Source: Mustelus asterias
Lineage: Eukaryota
Length of the DNA: 64,000 nt
NCBI RefSeq assembly: GCF_964213995.1
Contig: NC_135826.1
Span: 36,704,001-36,768,000, forward strand
Direction of reading: 5' to 3'
Shown: positions 58,461 through 64,000 of the stretch, piece by piece
Position numbering within the stretch: the stretch's first letter is position 1
Layout: every line of letters starts with the position of its first letter
Notes under the pieces: generated by a model
Seen by the model: only the letters and a program-made list of their open reading frames with translations
The model's database searches: none
What the model was told of the DNA's origin: nothing
Program-made: the position numbers and the translations under genes

Positions 58461-59182
58461 AATCACCCAACATCCAACCATGTGCATTTATATAGCACCT
58501 TTCAAGTGGTAAAACAGCCTAAGATGCTTTGAAGGGCAATTTGACATTGAGCCACATAAGATGACATTAGGCCAGATGACGAAAAACTTGATCAAATTTT
58601 TAATGGGTGTGTTAAACGAGAACAATGAGGTGGAGAAGCACAGAAGTGTGTGGAGCGTATACCAGAGCTTGGGGCCTAGGCAACTGAAGGCACAGTCACT
58701 AATTCAAACCAAGGATGCTCAAAGAAACCAAAATTACTGCAGGTATTGTAGAAATCATGATCAATTTACAGCACGCAAGGAGGCCATGTGGCCCATCACA
58801 TCTAAACTGGCCATCAACGAGCCATCCGGCCTAATCCCACTTTCTGGCTCTTGGTCCGTTGAATTGTAGGTTACAGGACCTGAGGTGAATAACCAATTAA
58901 GAGGGTTTCTGCCCCAATCACTTCAGACAATGACTTCCAGATCCCCATTGTCCTCTGCATAAAAAAACATTTCCCCCTCAAATCCCCTCTAAACCTCTTA
59001 GTTATGGATTCTGCAAACAAGGGGAATAGGGTCTCCCTATCCATTCTATCTGGACTCAATTTTATACATTTGAATACAGTCTCCCCACAGTCTCTTCCAA
59101 GGAAAACAACACTAGTGTGGCTAATCCTTCCTCATTACTAAAATTCCCCAGTCCAAGCAACATACTCTTAAATCTTCTCTGG

Positions 59183-61420
59183 ATGTGAAAGCCCTGCCAC
59201 AATCAGCTAATCTGCTGGGTTACTTTGATCAAGACAGAAAACTCATTCTAGTCATGCAATACCTTGCCCTACGGTGTTAGGACAGTACTCTCTCTTCTGA
59301 TGGAGGACAGATTAGAAAAACCCATTGGTTTTGCACCATGTATGCTGATAACAGCTGAAAAGGAATATTCGCAGTTAGACAAGGAAGGTTGAGCCATTGT
59401 CTTTGCTGCGAAACAGTTTCATCAGTACCTTGATGGCCGTTTATTCACTATACATACCAACCATACTCTATTGATAGGTCTTTTCAGTAAATCCAAGTGC
59501 ATTCCTATCATTGCCTCAGCGAAAATATAGTGCTGGGTTCTCACATTGTCAGCTTACCAATATACCATCATGTACAGGGCAGTGAAGGACAATGCAAACG
59601 CAGATGTGTTGAGTTGTCTTCCTTTACCAGACATTCTATGATTCTATGCCCACCAAGACATTATTTCCTCCAGAGACAATTTTCTTGCTTGAGAGAGTTT
59701 TACGTTATCCCGTCAGTGCCAAACAGATTAAGCAGTGGACAGACCAGGACCCTGTCCTATCTCAGGTGAAGAGATTCTTTATGCAGCGATGGCCTACTGT
59801 TATAGCAGATGATGCATTGAGACCATATGCAAAGCGGAAAGATGAGCTGAGTGTGCAGGATGGTTGTATCCTTTGGGGGTCCAGGCTGATCGTCCCACCC
59901 CCTAGTCATTCAGAAGTCTTGGATGAAGGTCATGAGGCTCACATAGGTGCCTCCTGAATGAAAAGTTTAGCCAGGTTGTATGTTTGGTGGCCTAAAATGG
60001 ATTAGGACTTGGAGAACAAGATGAAATCCTGTTCTACATGTCAGATCAACCAGAAGATGATACCACCACACCACTGCATTCTTGGAAGTGGCCTGTTCAT
60101 CTGTGATCTAAGCTTCATGTGGACTTTGCAGGTCCTTTTATGGGTCATATGTTTCTAGTAATTGTGGGCACGCATTCTAAGTGGTTGGAAGTACACATCA
60201 TGAACAATATTAAAGCTCCCATTACGATAGGGAAGCTACGCCAAGTTTTTGCAACTCATGGCTTACCGGATTCTCTTGTTTTTGATGATGGTACAAGATT
60301 TACAAGTAATTTGTTCCAACAGTTTATACAAAGAATGGAATACGCCATGTGCGTATTGCGCCTTTTCATCCAGCTTCAAATGGTTCAGCAGAGCGAACTG
60401 TTCAGACATTGAAAGAAGGATTGAGGGGTTGGCAGGTAATACTCTGGGAACCAAGCTCTCACAGTTCCTGTTCCAGTATCACATCATGTCACAAACAGCA
60501 CCAGGACTCTCACCAGTTGAATTACTGATGGGTAAGAAACCAAAATCTGACTTGAATCTGCTACATCCAGATGTCAAAGCGAGAGTGGGAAGGAGACAGG
60601 AAAAGCAGAAGGAGAGACATGACTACCATGCTAAGGAGGGACTTTTCAACCCAAATGCTTGTGTCTCTGTAAGTAATTTTGACAATAACCAACAATGGCT
60701 GCCTGGAGTTATTCTCAACCAGAGTGGTCCAGTATCTTTGGTAGTGAAACTGACCAATGAAAGAGTCATTTGCAGACACCAGGATCACATTTGTCTACGC
60801 CATGATTTAGAGATAGCAAAGGTTTCAGGTAACACAGTAGAAGGAACTGCTATTGTGGACGTTCAACAGGAAGTCGTTCCTGATATACAAGGATTTCCAA
60901 TGGACATTATTTCAGGAGAAGATGAAGAACATTCATGCACAGATACTCAACCTACTCCTGCACCCATAAGTCCAACTCCCAAAGGATACAACCATCCTGC
61001 ACACTCAGCTCATCTTTCCGCTTTGCATATGGTCTCTCCTTAGCAATATCTAGGAAGTCACTAGTGGTACTGCACAGGTCAAAGTGTAGTTCAAAACTCC
61101 TGAAAGACTGCCGTATAGTTGAGACATGGGTTTCATTATGTTTCTTTCCTTAAAGAGGATTGAAATTAAGGGGACAGAAGTGTAACAGAGTGCTACAGTA
61201 AGCATCTTTGTATTTGAATGCATGTACTAATGTCTTTAGTGGGTATGAGCAGGTGGAAGTGATGTCATCAATAGCATAGGCTTTTCACGGGTTTAGTCTT
61301 ACCCCTGTGTAACTAGCTGCCTCCAGTTCTGAGTCCATGCTGCACTGTAAATATTTTTGTAAGTAAATAAGTTTGAATATCACAACGCATTTGACTACCT
61401 TTTGTGGCTAAGTTACCGTA
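59183..61420 (+). mobile_element. Decayed Ty3/Gypsy LTR retrotransposon 3' half: RNase H, integrase, polypurine tract and 3' LTR (from 61181)
   Basis: Frameshifted pol motifs: YSQLDKEG..IVFAAKQFHQYL (RNase H), H..H.G / KSCSTC (integrase zinc finger), LHVDFAGPFMG and HGLPDSLVFDDG (core), WLPGVI..SGPVS..RHQDHI; PPT AAGGGGACAGAAG then TGTAAC. Confidence 0.9.
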
Positions 61421-62945
61421 CTATGCTGAGTACTGAGCCCAACAAAACTTTATTGGAAACAGCCTTCCAGTCACAAAAACAACCATAGACTATTACCCTT
61501 TGCTATCTACCCACTATTTCTGCCCTATTGATTTTGCATTTCTCAAAGACTTGCTACATATTTGCACTTCTATCTCCTTCTGACTGGTTGGGAGTCTTTT
61601 GTATACATCCAGTAGTGTGATTACTCCTTTGCTGTTCTTCAGCTCAACCTATGTGGTTTCATTTGATGATCTTTCCATCATATCATCCTTATAGCTATTA
61701 ATCTTTCTTTAATGAGTGTTGTTACCCGCCCCCCCCCCCCCCCCCCCCCCCACTCCCGCCACACCCTCCATTTATATTCCCATCTCCCTATCTCACCTCA
61801 AACTCCTGTAACCAGGGCTGCGATTTTCGCATCTTGCTTGAGGCGGGAATCGTCGTGTGTGGGATGGAACATTTGATGGGCCATCCAAAGGTTCGTTGAC
61901 TTTGGGCAGGAATTTCCAGTCCCACCCAGCCAAGGATTGTTGAGCTATCAATTCTGCCCTTCTTTCAGCATGTCTCAGTAACAGTTATTAGATTATCATA
62001 TTCCCACACCACTCTGTGCTCTCAGCTCTTCTGCCTTATTCTCTGGACTAATTGCATTGAACTCCAAACTCCCTTGTTGTCTATTTTCTAACCTTTGTTT
62101 CCCCTGCCTTCCAAACACACTTTGGAGAGTTATGGGGCTGAAGGAGATTGAGATGGCAATGGGAGGTCATGGAGGGATCTGGAATCATGGATGAGAATTT
62201 AGAAGTTGAGACTTTGCGTAACCGGGAGCAAATGTAGGTCAATGAGCACAGAGGTGATTCATGAATAGGACTGAGTGTGAATTGGGACATGGGCAGCAAA
62301 AGTTTGGATGACCTCAAGTTTACAGAGGGTGAAATGTGGGGGCTGGCCATGAGAGTGTTGGAATAGTGACAAAGATGTAACATAGGCATAATTGGGGATT
62401 TCCACAACAGATGAACTGATAATGCAGAGACAGGTAATCTAACAAAGATGGAAATGGGTGGTCTTAGTGATCATAGAATGGTTATAGTACAAGAGGAGGC
62501 TATTCAGCCCATTGTGTCCATGCTTGCTCTCTGCAAGAGCTAATCAGCACATCCCACTCTCCTGCCTTTTCCTTGCAGCCCTGCATTTCTTTTTCTTCAA
62601 TTAATTTCCAATTCCCTTTTCAGACATAGTGCATTCCAGATCCTAACCATTCGCTGTGTAAAAATGTTTTTTTATCTTGTCACCTTTAGTTCTTCTGTCA
62701 ATCACCTTAAATCGATGTCCTCTGGTTCTCAACCTACCGTCAATGGAAACAGTTTCTCCTTTCTCACTCTGTCCAGATGGCATATGATTGTAAACACCTG
62801 TATTAAATCTCGTCTCCAACTTCCTTTCACTAAAGAGAACAACTAGATACCTCTGCAGTGTTCCAATAAAGGAAGTTTGCAGTAATTAATTGGTACAAAG
62901 TTTGAAGCCCTTCAATTCTGACAGCAACAATAGCCCAGTAACTGA

Positions 62946-63275
62946 AGGCAGAATGGTGGCACAGTGGTCAGCACTGCTGCCGCACAGTGCTAGGGACCTG
63001 AATTCAATTCCGGCCTTGGGTCACTGTCTGTGTGGAGTTTGCACGTCCTCCCCTTGTCTGTGTGAGTTTCCTCTGGGTGCTCCAGTTTCCCCCCACAGTC
63101 CAAAGATGTGCTGGTTAGGTTGATTGGCCATGCTAAATTGCCCCTTAATTTCAGAGGGATTAACAGGGTAAATACATGGGGTTACGTGGATAAGGCCTGG
63201 GTGGAATTGTTGTCGGTGCAGGCTCGATAGGCCGAATGGCCTCCTTCTGCACTGTAGGGATTCTATGATTCTATG
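62946..63275 (+). mobile_element. HE1-type V-SINE
   Basis: Full head, V-domain and tail. Confidence 0.88.
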
Positions 63276-63599
63276 AATAGCATGTTTAAGGGTTCTAATG
63301 GCACATAGGGCTGAGATAGAGGTAAAGATGTGCAATGTTTTGGAGCTGAACATAAGTGATGGCAAGGAACTGGAGTTGGAAACTCCAGTTGGTATTGAAC
63401 AGGAGTCCAAGTTTGCGAACAGTCTAATTCAGCCTGACTGTGAAGGAGATGGAGTTGGTGGTGGGAACTGAAGCTGATGGCTGCAACATTCCCAGTGTTT
63501 CACCTGTGTTAATTATGGCTTGTCTAAGTCATGATATTGAATAAACAATCTAACAACACATCTTCACCTCCGGTACAAACCTATCCTGAATAACAAAAC

Positions 63600-64000
63600 A
63601 ACTGTTTAAAAAAGGAAGTAGACAAAAGGCAGGTAACTACAGGCCGGTTAGCTTAACGTCCGTAGTTGGGAAGATGCTAGAGTCCATTATTAAAGAGGAA
63701 ATAACAGAGCACCTGAATAAGAATGGTTCGATCAAGCAGACGCAGCATGGATTCATGAAGGGAAAGTCGTGTTTGACGAATCTACTGGACTTTTATGAAG
63801 ATGTCACTAGTGCGGTTGACAGAGGGGAACCGGTGGATGTGGTGTTTTTAGATTTCCAGAAGGCGTTCGATAAGGTGCCTCACAAAAGGTTGCTGCAGAA
63901 GATTGGGGTACACGGAGTTAGGGGTAAGGTGTTGGCGTGGATTGGGGATTGGCTATCTAACAGGAAGCAGAGAGTTGGGATAAATGGGGGCTTTTCTGTT
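63600..64000 (+). mobile_element. Young CR1 LINE RT region running off the window end
   Basis: Uninterrupted LFKKGSRQKAGNYRPVSLTSVVGKMLE...QHGFMKGKSCLTNLL...FLDFQKAFDKVPHKRL; CpGs retained. Confidence 0.93.

Overview
Vertebrate genomic DNA. The repeat content (HE1-type tRNA/V-SINEs, CR1 and L2 LINEs, Penelope elements) points to a cartilaginous fish, probably a shark. Three spliced protein-coding genes were reconstructed by hand. (1) SPPL2B (signal peptide peptidase-like 2B) on the minus strand: 12 coding exons from 25732 down to 7429, with the YD, GxGD and PAL motifs. Its 5' exons are missing and probably lie in the 200-N gap at 28989-29188. (2) LSM7 on the plus strand: 4 exons, 29435-33803, complete at 103 aa, head-to-head with SPPL2B. 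(3) A CDC42 small effector (CDC42SE2-like, CRIB motif, 86 aa) on the minus strand: 3 coding exons, 51344-42190, with a CpG-island promoter near 56040-56470. None of its exons appears in the ORF track. The rest is intron or intergenic DNA dense in retroelements: SINEs, CR1/L2 LINEs, two solo LTRs, a decayed Gypsy element, a Vingi/Ingi-like LINE, and a Penelope insertion carrying two inverted minimal hammerhead-ribozyme motifs. Several minisatellites appear to have grown from the same segment of an old SINE family. The best leads are the CDC42SE paralog at an unexpected locus, the hammerhead-bearing Penelope hairpin beside its promoter, and the SINE-seeded minisatellites. No wholly new system can be proven from sequence alone. 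Repeat boundaries are approximate, and family names come from recalled motifs, not database searches.
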